Origin: a virus
Length of the DNA stretch: 58,096 nucleotides
IMG/VR virus record: IMGVR_UViG_3300027609_000006
Coordinates: 1 to 58,096 of that record
Reading direction: 5' to 3' (one strand)
Position numbers and translations under genes: made by a program. The notes under the pieces are model-generated. The model was not told the DNA's origin and did no database searches. It saw only the letters and a list, made by a program, of their open reading frames with translations. Positions within the stretch are counted from its first letter, which is position 1. Every line of letters begins with the position of its first letter. Positions 15,452 through 24,035 of the stretch are shown here, piece after piece.

Positions 15452-17032
15452 TTAATTCGGCGCCACCTGCTCATCGTAATTTAAAAACTCACTAAGGAAC
15501 AGTTGGTACTTCGGAAGATTCTGTTCGATCACTCTCCACATCGGTTCGTAGGATCGAATCAACGGATCGAGCCCACATTGATTCGATCCAGGTTTAAATC
15601 CGAAATGCTGTTTGATCCAGTTGTAGTTCGACCGCCCGGCGACCGTTTCAATCCCCGTCCCTTCGGTCACGATTTGATTCGCAAACGTGAACCCGTTCGA
15701 ATCCGGTGATACCAGGTGTCCCATAAACATCGGCTCAATGCGTTTCAAAAACACAATACCGGGAGGATCTGCGGGGGGAGGTGGCTGCTGCGGTGGTGCT
15801 TGCTGCATTGGTTGCTGGGGTTGCTGGCCGTTCGCGATGGGCGGCGCTCCATTGGCAGTCCCCGTCAACTTGATCGTAATCGCCTGCATCAGAGGTCCCA
15901 GGATCGTCATACCCATCTGGATGATAGGACCCCATTCTTCCATCACGGATTTCGCTGGAGTTGCGTTCGCGGCTCCTCCATTGCGCGAGTATCCGAGCAG
16001 TTCCGCGTTCGTCTTCATTTCGAGAAGTTGCTCGCCAACGGATTTCTGAGTCGTTAGCGCTGTTGATGGCTGGTTTCGCATCGCATTGAGGTCCGCACGA
16101 AGCGCCGCAATCTGGTTATCCTGCATTGCAGCGAGTCGCGCGTTCGCCTGATCCAGCGAACTCATCAGCGCCGTGAGCGCGGTATTATCCGGCTTCGGCA
16201 GGATATTCAAAATTTCGGTCGCGACCTTCACGGGGTCTGGTGGATCGTAGCGAGCTCCCGCGTGGCTCATGACGGAATCCACGACTTTACTCGCCGATGA
16301 CATCGCTAGGTCGATCGCACCATTGACCGCATGTTGAGCCGGATTAGAACCATTTGGCTGTGTCTGTTCCCGCAATCGCGCAGCTTCATCTTTAGCTCGG
16401 TCTGCGTCTTTCTGCGCATTATCGATTTGTTTATCCGCGAGTCCTAGGAATCCCTGGACCAACACGGCGGCCGTTGCATTTGAATTGGGATTCGGTTTCC
16501 CGGTCGAGCCTTCCATAAAAAAATCATCTCCTTCGTTTGGTGCCGGTTCAGATCCAGCGACCGGATCGCCGCGGCGAAATCGCCAGTCAATATAATCTTT
16601 CGCGGCTGGCTTATCGACGCACAACGTTCGGTCATCGATCTTCGGCGGGAAGCCTTCGCGGTCGGGAAGTGTGAACCAGATATCGCAAACCCGGCCGCTC
16701 AGTCCCTGCTCCTCGACGATCACCTTATATGCTCCAGCCCCGTATTTGTGATAAAACGCAGTTTCGTATTCTTCCGCCTTGAACGCCAGCGGTCCTTCCC
16801 AAATATCGATCGTGGTCGACGTCTCGCCGATTTTCTTCATGTCGATGGGAGGATCGAGCCGGTAGACCCGGCATCGAAGGATCGCGGACAGTTCAACCGG
16901 CAGCGTTTCGCAATATTCGAAGCCCAGTATCGCATCCTGCGACCGTTTCCCATCACGAAATGACGTTTTCGATGGGACCGGGAACGAACATTTAGATTTC
17001 AGTTGAGGGTGATCAAGGTACTGTTTGGCCAT
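15452..17032 (-). CDS. Large hypothetical protein (526 aa), central coiled coil and Q/P-rich linker
   Basis: ORF track. No motif I can name. Confidence 0.75.
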   Translation of the reverse strand: MAKQYLDHPQLKSKCSFPVPSKTSFRDGKRSQDAILGFEYCETLPVELSAILRCRVYRLDPPIDMKKIGETSTTIDIWEGPLAFKAEEYETAFYHKYGAGAYKVIVEEQGLSGRVCDIWFTLPDREGFPPKIDDRTLCVDKPAAKDYIDWRFRRGDPVAGSEPAPNEGDDFFMEGSTGKPNPNSNATAAVLVQGFLGLADKQIDNAQKDADRAKDEAARLREQTQPNGSNPAQHAVNGAIDLAMSSASKVVDSVMSHAGARYDPPDPVKVATEILNILPKPDNTALTALMSSLDQANARLAAMQDNQIAALRADLNAMRNQPSTALTTQKSVGEQLLEMKTNAELLGYSRNGGAANATPAKSVMEEWGPIIQMGMTILGPLMQAITIKLTGTANGAPPIANGQQPQQPMQQAPPQQPPPPADPPGIVFLKRIEPMFMGHLVSPDSNGFTFANQIVTEGTGIETVAGRSNYNWIKQHFGFKPGSNQCGLDPLIRSYEPMWRVIEQNLPKYQLFLSEFLNYDEQVAPN

Positions 17033-17069
17033 CAGACAGGGCTCCGAGGGGGGCGGTTAATTGTAAGTA

Positions 17070-17098
17070 TATATATAGAGCCGGTTGACACGTGTCAA
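17070..17098. promoter_or_regulatory. Divergent promoter core: palindrome TTGACACGTGTCAA plus a minus-strand -10 TATATA
   Basis: Palindrome at 17085..17098 places TTGACA on both strands. On the minus strand a 17-nt spacer leads to TATATA (17070..17075). Confidence 0.55.
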
Positions 17099-17140
17099 AA
17101 TTCTAGTGCAAACTAGTACCCAACGCAAGTACCGGTACTA

Positions 17141-17824
17141 ATGAACACGGCGTACCATCCCGACTTCGGCGTCAAAGTGGCGTACCACTTCGACCGCATG
17201 TCCGAGGACCCGGACGCTCAGGTCCGTCAATCAGTTGCGAAGGCAATCTGCTACATTCGGCAGGACGCATCATCCGCCCCGATCCGCCAGGACGCCGCCC
17301 GCGCGGCCCAAGGAGGTGATCCGATCTCCGGGGTCTGGAAGCTTATCAAGCCGTCCATGAAGTTCAAGCAGGATGTCGACATCGCCCGCGAACTGGACGT
17401 AGACGATCCGCGTAAAGAGGACATCGTCGAGGTTTTCATCCGGCCTGTAGATCAGTCGATGCTGATTGGGTTGCGAGGCGTCGGGGTCGAGGACTGCGAC
17501 GGGTTCACGATGTACGGCGCGTGCCTGCTCACTGCGTTGGGGATTCCATGCGAGCTGGTCACGGTCGCAGCGGATGACAAGCGGCCTCGGGAGTACACGC
17601 ACATCTACGTTGCGGCTTATCCGAATGGACCGGGAACACATCCGAGAATTCCGCTTGATTTTTCACACGGTGAATATCCGGGCTGGGAATGTCCGTCAAC
17701 TCGATTGCGGGAATGGCCGGTGTATGAGACGGCGATGGAGAAGATTACTTTGGCCGCTACTCCTTTGGTCATTGCCGGTGCGGTTTATGGGTTGGTCCGG
17801 TGGATGAATGGGGGGAGCCGTTGA
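17141..17824 (+). CDS. Transglutaminase-like cysteine peptidase-fold protein, C-terminal TM
   Basis: EDCDGFTMYGACLLTALGIPCELV..THIYV..LDFSHG (Cys-His-Asp layout). Confidence 0.55.
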   Translation: MNTAYHPDFGVKVAYHFDRMSEDPDAQVRQSVAKAICYIRQDASSAPIRQDAARAAQGGDPISGVWKLIKPSMKFKQDVDIARELDVDDPRKEDIVEVFIRPVDQSMLIGLRGVGVEDCDGFTMYGACLLTALGIPCELVTVAADDKRPREYTHIYVAAYPNGPGTHPRIPLDFSHGEYPGWECPSTRLREWPVYETAMEKITLAATPLVIAGAVYGLVRWMNGGSR

Positions 17825-17969
17825 ATATTTTAGCCTCATCGAACATTTCCGCTTCGCCCGCGTCCGTGAGCGTTCGACCACGTCAGGTTTTATCGGGCAC
17901 CGGCCAAAAACCCCACCTGGTCGGGCGCTCACAAATCGACGGGGCAAAAAATCGGACGGAGGCCAAATC
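17825..17969 (+). repeat. Complete SAR hairpin (F-form plus R-form) filling the intergenic gap
   Basis: F: TTTTAGCCTCATCGAAC..GAGCGTTCGACCACGTCAGG. R: CCCCACCTGGTCGGGCGCTC..GACGGAGGCCAAATC. Open 50-codon micro-ORF 17821..17973 (TTGA overlap in, GTGA overlap out). Confidence 0.9.
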
Positions 17970-18719
17970 GTGAGCATCATAAATGTAGGATCAGAATACC
18001 CGCCAGGCTACACCGGAAACCCCTACAGCGCCCTGGACATCTCCGTGTTCTTCGATATGAACTGGCCGGATCATGCGGGAATCATGGCGCAAGGATCACC
18101 GGCTTATTCGTCAGGCCTCGGCAGATTGGGACAAGCCGGATGCGCTACCGCGACATGTGACGACTATGCAGATGATGGCGTCACATGTTTGGAATATGAC
18201 AATTCGAGTTGTACCAACGTTACGATCCCCGTTGCTGGCAACACGGCGGTTCCGATCCCCGCGGCGCCGGGATGTGCCACCAGCACTTGTATCGTAATGA
18301 ATCAAGGCGTTTGCACGGGTTACGACGATTCGAGTTGTTCGGCCTCGGTGAATGCAACGACCGCCGCGGCCCTCAATAATCAACTTATAGCTTCAGGGCT
18401 CCCTCAGACAGTGAATCTTAGCGCGACACAAACGGCGGCCCTCACCGCGAGCTTGACACCCGCTCAGCAAGCACAACTGATAGCCGCGGCGGGCAATTCC
18501 GCAGTCAGTCTCATTCGCACGGCTGAAGGTGGACCCTACACGGTCGCCGGAACGAACCTCGTTTACAATCCAGCCACCGGACAACTGACGACCGCCGCCG
18601 CGACGAATGCGACCGCAACCCTCACGGCCGGCCTCTCGGCAATTCAGCCCTACATTCCGATGATTCTACTTGCGGTCGCGGCCATCATCATAGTCCCGAT
18701 GATCACGGGTAAAAAATAA
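17970..18719 (+). CDS. Tail-anchored Cys/Thr/Ala-rich membrane protein
   Basis: GTG start after GGAGGCCAAATC. C-terminus IPMILLAVAAIIIVPMITGKK. Confidence 0.65.
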   Translation: MSIINVGSEYPPGYTGNPYSALDISVFFDMNWPDHAGIMAQGSPAYSSGLGRLGQAGCATATCDDYADDGVTCLEYDNSSCTNVTIPVAGNTAVPIPAAPGCATSTCIVMNQGVCTGYDDSSCSASVNATTAAALNNQLIASGLPQTVNLSATQTAALTASLTPAQQAQLIAAAGNSAVSLIRTAEGGPYTVAGTNLVYNPATGQLTTAAATNATATLTAGLSAIQPYIPMILLAVAAIIIVPMITGKK

Positions 18720-18955
18720 TGCGGGAACTCCGCGTCGTCAAAGTCACGCCAGGCAAATTGGTCGATGGCAGATTTGTGCCCAACCCGGAAAAGATCACGC
18801 GCGCCGGAAAAAAGGCGAAGCGCAAGAGACTGGCTGAGATGATCGCGGCGGCGAAGAACCCGGCATCGAAGAAACTGCCAACCGGGAAATTCGTCAAGGT
18901 CCATGCGATGCGCGTGAAGAAAAACGGGACGGTCGATGTGGTGGTGACTCGATGA
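18719..18955 (+). CDS. Small highly basic protein
   Basis: TAATG overlap with the upstream ORF. K/R-rich: KKAKRKRLAEMIAAAKNPASKK. Confidence 0.6.
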   Translation: MRELRVVKVTPGKLVDGRFVPNPEKITRAGKKAKRKRLAEMIAAAKNPASKKLPTGKFVKVHAMRVKKNGTVDVVVTR

Positions 18956-19725
18956 CCCCATACTGCCCCATCCCGCGAAATCCCGCGCACTACATCCCAC
19001 GGAATCCGTATGTCGATTGGGGTACGGGGATGGGGCAGGTGGTTCCCACATCGGTATCGACCGCAGCTTCAATCGCAGCGACCGGCATCACGACAACGAC
19101 CTCGATCTTGGGGGCGCTGGGTTCCACAATGACCGTCTTAGGATTGGCTCTGCCAGTCGTCGGAACGGCTATAGCCGCACTGGTGGCCATCGGAATTGCG
19201 GTTGCAAATCTATTCAAGGGTTGCGGAGTCACCTGCACCGAAGCGACGACGCTGGCGAATCAGGCGGACGGGATCATGGTCCAGAATGTGACCGCGTACA
19301 CGTCTTCGTCGATTCGCTACGTGTCGATGCAGCAGGCAGCGCTCAATACTTTCGACACGACCTGGGCAGCTTTGCAGCAGGCCTGTGGGCAGTCGGCGCT
19401 TGGAGCCGCCGGCCAGCGGTGCATCACGGATCGGCAGGAAGGCGCATGCACCTGGAAAGCATCGCAGGGAGGTTGGAATTCGGATGGAACCTACACCCCT
19501 TGGGGCGCGGCCGGCTCGGGAGATGTCTGCTGGAACTGGTTTGTCGGCATGCGTGATCCGATCGCGAATGATCCTTTCGTCCAACCGGACCCAACGTCTT
19601 CGAGTGTTGCATCTTCGTCTGTGGGATCGACGGCGGCGACATCAGGCACACCAGCGACTACGGCGACCGATTATTCCGGGTTGCTGATTGCGGCGGCTAT
19701 TGTTGCTGCGGTGGTGCTGCTGTGA
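18952..19725 (+). CDS. Membrane protein (central and C-terminal TM segments)
   Basis: ORF track, ATGA overlap with the upstream ORF. Confidence 0.7.
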   Translation: MTPYCPIPRNPAHYIPRNPYVDWGTGMGQVVPTSVSTAASIAATGITTTTSILGALGSTMTVLGLALPVVGTAIAALVAIGIAVANLFKGCGVTCTEATTLANQADGIMVQNVTAYTSSSIRYVSMQQAALNTFDTTWAALQQACGQSALGAAGQRCITDRQEGACTWKASQGGWNSDGTYTPWGAAGSGDVCWNWFVGMRDPIANDPFVQPDPTSSSVASSSVGSTAATSGTPATTATDYSGLLIAAAIVAAVVLL

Positions 19726-20024
19726 ATATTTTGGCCTCAGTTAGCATGTGGCTTGCGCGCCTCCTTTTGAGCGTTCGACCAGGAGGGGCCGTGGAGCTTC
19801 CCTGGCCAAACACCGCGACCTTCCGATTGTTCTTTGTTTCGAGAAAAGATCCGAAATGGGCGATGGTGGTTCACCAATTTCCCGACGGGACGATGTACGG
19901 GCTGGGTTGCAATATCCCTTTCGTGCAGTCGGCCGATTGGGATCTGAAATGGATCAAACGTCGCCCTGTCGAGGTTGCTCAATCCGAAGGCTCGGAAAAG
20001 CAGAGCGAGGCCAAACCATGCTAA
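19722..20024 (+). CDS. Cassette ORF between F and R arms (start uncertain)
   Basis: MNILAS..SVRPGG is F-arm translation and ..QSEAKPC is R-arm translation. Confidence 0.4.
   Translation: MNILASVSMWLARLLLSVRPGGAVELPWPNTATFRLFFVSRKDPKWAMVVHQFPDGTMYGLGCNIPFVQSADWDLKWIKRRPVEVAQSEGSEKQSEAKPC
19727..19788 (+). repeat. SAR arm, F-form
   Basis: TATTTTGGCCTCAGTTAGC..GAGCGTTCGACCAGGAGGGG. Confidence 0.9.
19962..20017 (+). repeat. SAR arm, R-form
   Basis: CGCCCTGTCGAGGTTGC..AGAGCGAGGCCAAACC, then ATG 20018. Confidence 0.85.
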
Positions 20025-20755
20025 TGGGAATGGGCCTCACCTGTCCCGAAGGTCAGCAGCCGACCAATACACCGAACGGAATGCAATGCTGCGGAGTGCC
20101 GGGCACCTCCTGCGAAGCAGATCCTTGCTCTTATTGCAATACCCCGCAGTACATCGCAACCCAGACCGCCGCTGCCGCCGCTGCGCTACAACCGGGAGGT
20201 GCCGGTCCGCTCGGAGCTTCGATTCTCGAATCCATCGCCAGCTATCCGCAAAATATCCAATCGGACGCGATCGACTGCGTGAGCAACCCAGGTTTGACCT
20301 TTACTGACGAAGAAGGAATTTCGGTCACCTGCCCGCAAGCCTACACGATGGACAATGGGATTCCGGTTTCGATTTACACTGCGGCGCAACTCGCGCAGAT
20401 GTTGTCTGCGGCAGCCACTCCAACCACGGAAACACCCATCAACGTAATCGGCACTTCCATTCCAGCCGCCGCAATCAATGTCACCACGCCGAATCTGCCA
20501 GCCGTCACGTCGGGAACTGTCGCTGCACCGGTTTCAACTACAGCCGCAGGATCGACCTCATCCAGTTCCCCATCGGGCAGTTCGTCAAGTTCATCCACTT
20601 CAACATCGGGCGCATCTTCGACTTCGGGAACTTCGACGCTTGATCTCTCGTTTCTGACGGACGATTCCCTGATTTCGGGAGTGCCTAACTGGGGCGTTGC
20701 GGTCGCAGCGATCGTGGCCTTGATGCTGCTGCCAAAACTGATCGGAGGCAGATAA
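20018..20755 (+). CDS. Tail-anchored Cys-rich, Ser/Thr-rich membrane protein
   Basis: N-terminus MLMGMGLTC, poly-Ser tract, C-terminus WGVAVAAIVALMLLPKLIGGR. Confidence 0.7.
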   Translation: MLMGMGLTCPEGQQPTNTPNGMQCCGVPGTSCEADPCSYCNTPQYIATQTAAAAAALQPGGAGPLGASILESIASYPQNIQSDAIDCVSNPGLTFTDEEGISVTCPQAYTMDNGIPVSIYTAAQLAQMLSAAATPTTETPINVIGTSIPAAAINVTTPNLPAVTSGTVAAPVSTTAAGSTSSSSPSGSSSSSSTSTSGASSTSGTSTLDLSFLTDDSLISGVPNWGVAVAAIVALMLLPKLIGGR

Positions 20756-20756
20756 A

Positions 20757-21236
20757 ATGGGGCTCGGACAATACGCAGGAGCCGCTTCGATCACGCTTTA
20801 TGACGGGACGGTTATTTCGGATCCCGCCAACACGCAGGCTACCCAAGCGCAATGCCTCCCATTCGAATGCGGAGTCGATCCGACCAATTCCGATGTCCGC
20901 TACTGGTGCGGATTCTGGGGACAAATCCAGACTCCTTCGTGCGTCGATCCGGAGTGCGCACCGTATCGGTCTGCGTCTCCCGGCTGTAATGTAGTCGCTC
21001 CCACGCCGCAGATTCCGAACCCGCCGCAACCCGCCGTTGCTCCGGTGATGCTGACGCCTCAGAATATCGTGCAGCCGATGCCGAATATCACGCAGGCGAA
21101 TGCGCCGGTACCGCTTCCGGTTTCCGATGGTTCGTGCTGGTGCGCAGTAAATCAGTGGATCGATCAGAATCCGATTCTTGCGGCTCTTGTTCTTGTGGGT
21201 TTTGGATTGGCTGTTTTGCCCGGGAGAAGCAGATGA
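20757..21236 (+). CDS. Tail-anchored Cys-rich membrane protein
   Basis: N-terminus MGLGQY, C-terminus PILAALVLVGFGLAVLPGRSR. Confidence 0.7.
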   Translation: MGLGQYAGAASITLYDGTVISDPANTQATQAQCLPFECGVDPTNSDVRYWCGFWGQIQTPSCVDPECAPYRSASPGCNVVAPTPQIPNPPQPAVAPVMLTPQNIVQPMPNITQANAPVPLPVSDGSCWCAVNQWIDQNPILAALVLVGFGLAVLPGRSR

Positions 21237-21240
21237 ACAA

Positions 21241-21387
21241 TATTTTGGCCTCATCGAACATCGATCTTCGCCCGCCTGTCCGCACGTTCGACCAGGATAA
21301 GTTGTTGGACTGCGCGGGTCCGAGCAACCACTCCTGGTCGGGCGCGTTCAATCCGCACGAAGCCTCAAATCCGACGGAGGCCAAATA
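21241..21387 (+). repeat. Complete SAR hairpin (F-form plus R-form)
   Basis: F: TATTTTGGCCTCATCGAAC..GCACGTTCGACCAGGA. R: CCACTCCTGGTCGGGCGCG..CCGACGGAGGCCAAATA. Micro-ORF 21233..21388, 51 aa (ATGA overlap in, TAATG overlap out). Confidence 0.95.
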
Positions 21388-22041
21388 ATGGACGAAGACA
21401 CCAAGCAATTAATCAAGTGGGGCGCCATCGGACTCGCGGGCTACTTCGTCTATCAGTGGCTCCAGAGCTCCGGCCTATGGGCGCAGTGGTTCGGAACGTC
21501 CACCGCTTCGAACTCGTTCAACACTTCGACCACCCTTCTCACCTACTGCCAGGCGAACCCCAACGGGACAGCGATTTACGTGGACCCCACGACGGGCGCG
21601 AGTTCGACCGCGACCTGTGCGCAATGGATCGCTTCGAATTCCAACGCCGCACTCCCGGTGACATCGGCCGCTTCCGGACTTGCCCCGAATTATCAGCAGG
21701 CAATTTCGCTGATGCAGCAAGCTGCCGGCAACGATTCGCAGACCGTCAATAACTGGTCCTACTATTGGCAGAACGGCACGATGTTCGATGGCGGGCCTCC
21801 TGGATTCGGAGTGCAGGGCTCAATTTCCCCGGCCCAGTTCAATCAGATTCTTGGATTGAACGCGAATGACGACACGGACCCGGTCACCTCAGAGCAATTC
21901 GTGGCGTGGCTCGTTCAAACCAGTTCCGATCCCAGCTCGGCTGGTGTAGCGACTCCCGCCGGCGTGATGGTGACCGGCGGAACTGGCGCGGGAATGCAGG
22001 GCTACGATTTCAATAGCGATTACAGCGGGTGGGTAAACTGA
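21388..22041 (+). CDS. Membrane protein (N-terminal TM)
   Basis: ORF track. N-terminus WGAIGLAGYFVYQWL. Confidence 0.7.
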   Translation: MDEDTKQLIKWGAIGLAGYFVYQWLQSSGLWAQWFGTSTASNSFNTSTTLLTYCQANPNGTAIYVDPTTGASSTATCAQWIASNSNAALPVTSAASGLAPNYQQAISLMQQAAGNDSQTVNNWSYYWQNGTMFDGGPPGFGVQGSISPAQFNQILGLNANDDTDPVTSEQFVAWLVQTSSDPSSAGVATPAGVMVTGGTGAGMQGYDFNSDYSGWVN

Positions 22042-22646
22042 TGGCGAAAGACGATTACACTTCGATCATTGCTCTCGCCGCAATCGGCGGGATCGCGTGG
22101 TACGGCTATGAACAGGGCTGGTTTTCCAGCCTGTTCGGAACTGCGGCAGCGGCGACCACTGGAACGCCGGCAGCCGCGATCAATTGTCCGTCTCCAAATA
22201 CGCTGGTTGCCGGCGTCTGTACCGCGCCAGTGACGTGCCCATCTCCGAACACAATTATCAACGGAGTATGCACCGCTCCCGTAGTGGCCGCAGCCGGCGG
22301 TTCGTCATCGACTACAGTGGCTCCGCAGGCGATCCCGACGGCCAGCGTCAGCGTCACCGATCAACCGTGGTATGACCAGGTCGCCGCGCTGGCATCGACC
22401 AATTCGCTCGATATGGACCAATGGGATTATTACTACAACCAGATTTTCTCCAGTGCCCCGATCACCGGAACGCAGGTCAACGCGATGCTCGCGGCGCTTA
22501 CCAATCTGGGCCAGACGCGAAGTACGCCGATGACGATGCCGCAGTGGTATTGGCTGCTGACGGCGGGCGGCGGGGGAGTCAGCGGACTGGGCATGTTTGG
22601 AAATTATTTTGGAATCCCGGCTAGCGCGATTCATGGAGGGTGGTAG
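22041..22646 (+). CDS. Membrane protein (N-terminal TM)
   Basis: TGATG overlap with the upstream ORF. Contains IIALAAIGGIAWYGY and repeated CPSPNT..GVCTAPV. Confidence 0.7.
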   Translation: MAKDDYTSIIALAAIGGIAWYGYEQGWFSSLFGTAAAATTGTPAAAINCPSPNTLVAGVCTAPVTCPSPNTIINGVCTAPVVAAAGGSSSTTVAPQAIPTASVSVTDQPWYDQVAALASTNSLDMDQWDYYYNQIFSSAPITGTQVNAMLAALTNLGQTRSTPMTMPQWYWLLTAGGGGVSGLGMFGNYFGIPASAIHGGW

Positions 22647-23171
22647 ATGCTGGTAGGACTCGCCCAAACCACGCCAATTCCGGTTCCGCTGACAACTAGC
22701 GGGGAAACTCTCGCTCAATCGTGCGCGGCGGAACTCGCGGCCAGTGGCGGGCAACCATTGGCGACCAATCCCTATATCCTAAACATGGCACTCGAAGGCA
22801 GTGGGATGGAAGGTCAGAATTTGACGGGATGCCCTCCGGGATACACACTGACGCAGGCGGGTCCGCCGAACGTGAATCAGCCATGCGGATATTACCAATG
22901 CCTGAATGCCGCTGGTCAAAACGTCTCGACGGCCGTCGTTGGTCCAGGGTCCACAAATCCATGTACGGGCTTTAAGGCAATCCCCACAGAGTCGTGGGTT
23001 ATCGGTGGTGCCGGACTGGTCATGTTCCTTTTGTTGGGAGGATGGCTCAAGATTCTCGCGATTCCGGTAGTTGGTTTCGCTGTGCTGAACGTGGCGCTGA
23101 CGAATCTCGGCCCGCAGGTGAATTTGCAAACCGGGCAGATCGAATGCGTGGCACAAGGATTGGAGATGTGA
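22647..23171 (+). CDS. Membrane protein
   Basis: N-terminus MLVGLAQT, two C-terminal TM segments. Confidence 0.7.
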   Translation: MLVGLAQTTPIPVPLTTSGETLAQSCAAELAASGGQPLATNPYILNMALEGSGMEGQNLTGCPPGYTLTQAGPPNVNQPCGYYQCLNAAGQNVSTAVVGPGSTNPCTGFKAIPTESWVIGGAGLVMFLLLGGWLKILAIPVVGFAVLNVALTNLGPQVNLQTGQIECVAQGLEM

Positions 23172-23329
23172 TGGGCGATCTTTCAAGCTGCTACTCCTGG
23201 GAAGCGACCTTCTCACCCCAAGTGTCTTGCGGAACTTCAAACCTGACCCAGAGCGTTTGTCCAGATGCGACGTGGTTTTGGGTGATCGCGGCCGGTATCA
23301 GCTTGGTTGCCATTTTTAAAAAGAAGTGA
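23171..23329 (+). CDS. Small tail-anchored membrane protein
   Basis: TGATG overlap with the upstream ORF. C-terminus WFWVIAAGISLVAIFKKK. Confidence 0.5.
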   Translation: MGDLSSCYSWEATFSPQVSCGTSNLTQSVCPDATWFWVIAAGISLVAIFKKK

Positions 23330-23727
23330 TGATCACAGCACAACATCTCGGAATGGGAAGCGTAACGCGCCTGACGTGTGCCTTCAATCGCAACCGCGGC
23401 GTGATGCTGGCAACCAGGGTGCGAACCGCCGAAACCTTTTCCGATCGCTGTATCGGGCTCTTGGAGCGCGATCATTTCCGGGTGGGCGAAGGCCTTCACA
23501 TCGTGCCGTGCTCCTCCATTCACACCGTCGGTATGAAATTCTCGATCGATGTTGCGTTTCTGGACGAAAATGGCGTGGTGCTCGAAACCTTCAAAGATTT
23601 GCAGCCGGGCCATCGCCGCATCGAATGTTTTAACGCGGTCTCCGCACTGGAATTGCCGTGTTGTGTATTGCGCGCGACCGGAACGCAGCCGGGTGACATT
23701 CTCGAATTCGCGGAGGTCTCATGCTGA
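23329..23727 (+). CDS. DUF192-like protein
   Basis: GLL..GEGLHIVPCSSIHTVGMKFSIDVAFLDENGVV is the DUF192 pattern. Confidence 0.6.
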   Translation: MITAQHLGMGSVTRLTCAFNRNRGVMLATRVRTAETFSDRCIGLLERDHFRVGEGLHIVPCSSIHTVGMKFSIDVAFLDENGVVLETFKDLQPGHRRIECFNAVSALELPCCVLRATGTQPGDILEFAEVSC

Positions 23728-24035
23728 TCGGAATGGGCCAAACCTGCGCGGACGGCACGGCATATGTTGCGAATTTCGGTTGTGACGATGGCAGCACCCC
23801 GACTTGCCCATCTGGATATACGCTGAGCACAGCTTCCGGGCAATATAGTTGCGTCAGCAGTTCAGGTGCAGCTCCGCTGATTGGCGTCACGGCACCAACT
23901 GCAACAACATCCACTTGTCCGGTTGGTTCGACCTGTTCAATAGTCGCGGGAATCTCGAACACGAATATCTATCTGGCCGTAGGCGCCGTTGTCTCGATGT
24001 TCTTGTTGGCATCGGTATTCGGGGGCAAAAGATGA
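23721..24035 (+). CDS. Tail-anchored Cys-rich membrane protein
   Basis: N-terminus MLIGMGQTC, C-terminus IYLAVGAVVSMFLLASVFGGKR. Confidence 0.65.
   Translation: MLIGMGQTCADGTAYVANFGCDDGSTPTCPSGYTLSTASGQYSCVSSSGAAPLIGVTAPTATTSTCPVGSTCSIVAGISNTNIYLAVGAVVSMFLLASVFGGKR

Noticed and set aside
15452-17032. Calling the 526-aa protein a portal or scaffold.
   Set aside because: Size alone suggested this. I can point to no portal or scaffold motif, and the protein has long Q/P-rich and coiled-coil stretches. Left as hypothetical.
17825-17969. Integron attC-like cassette sites.
   Set aside because: The arms are imperfect inverted repeats flanking ORFs, which is superficially attC-like. However, there is no IntI-type tyrosine integrase or attI. 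The GTTRRRY/RYYYAAC core sites are absent. The strand-specific G.U pattern points to RNA rather than folded ssDNA.
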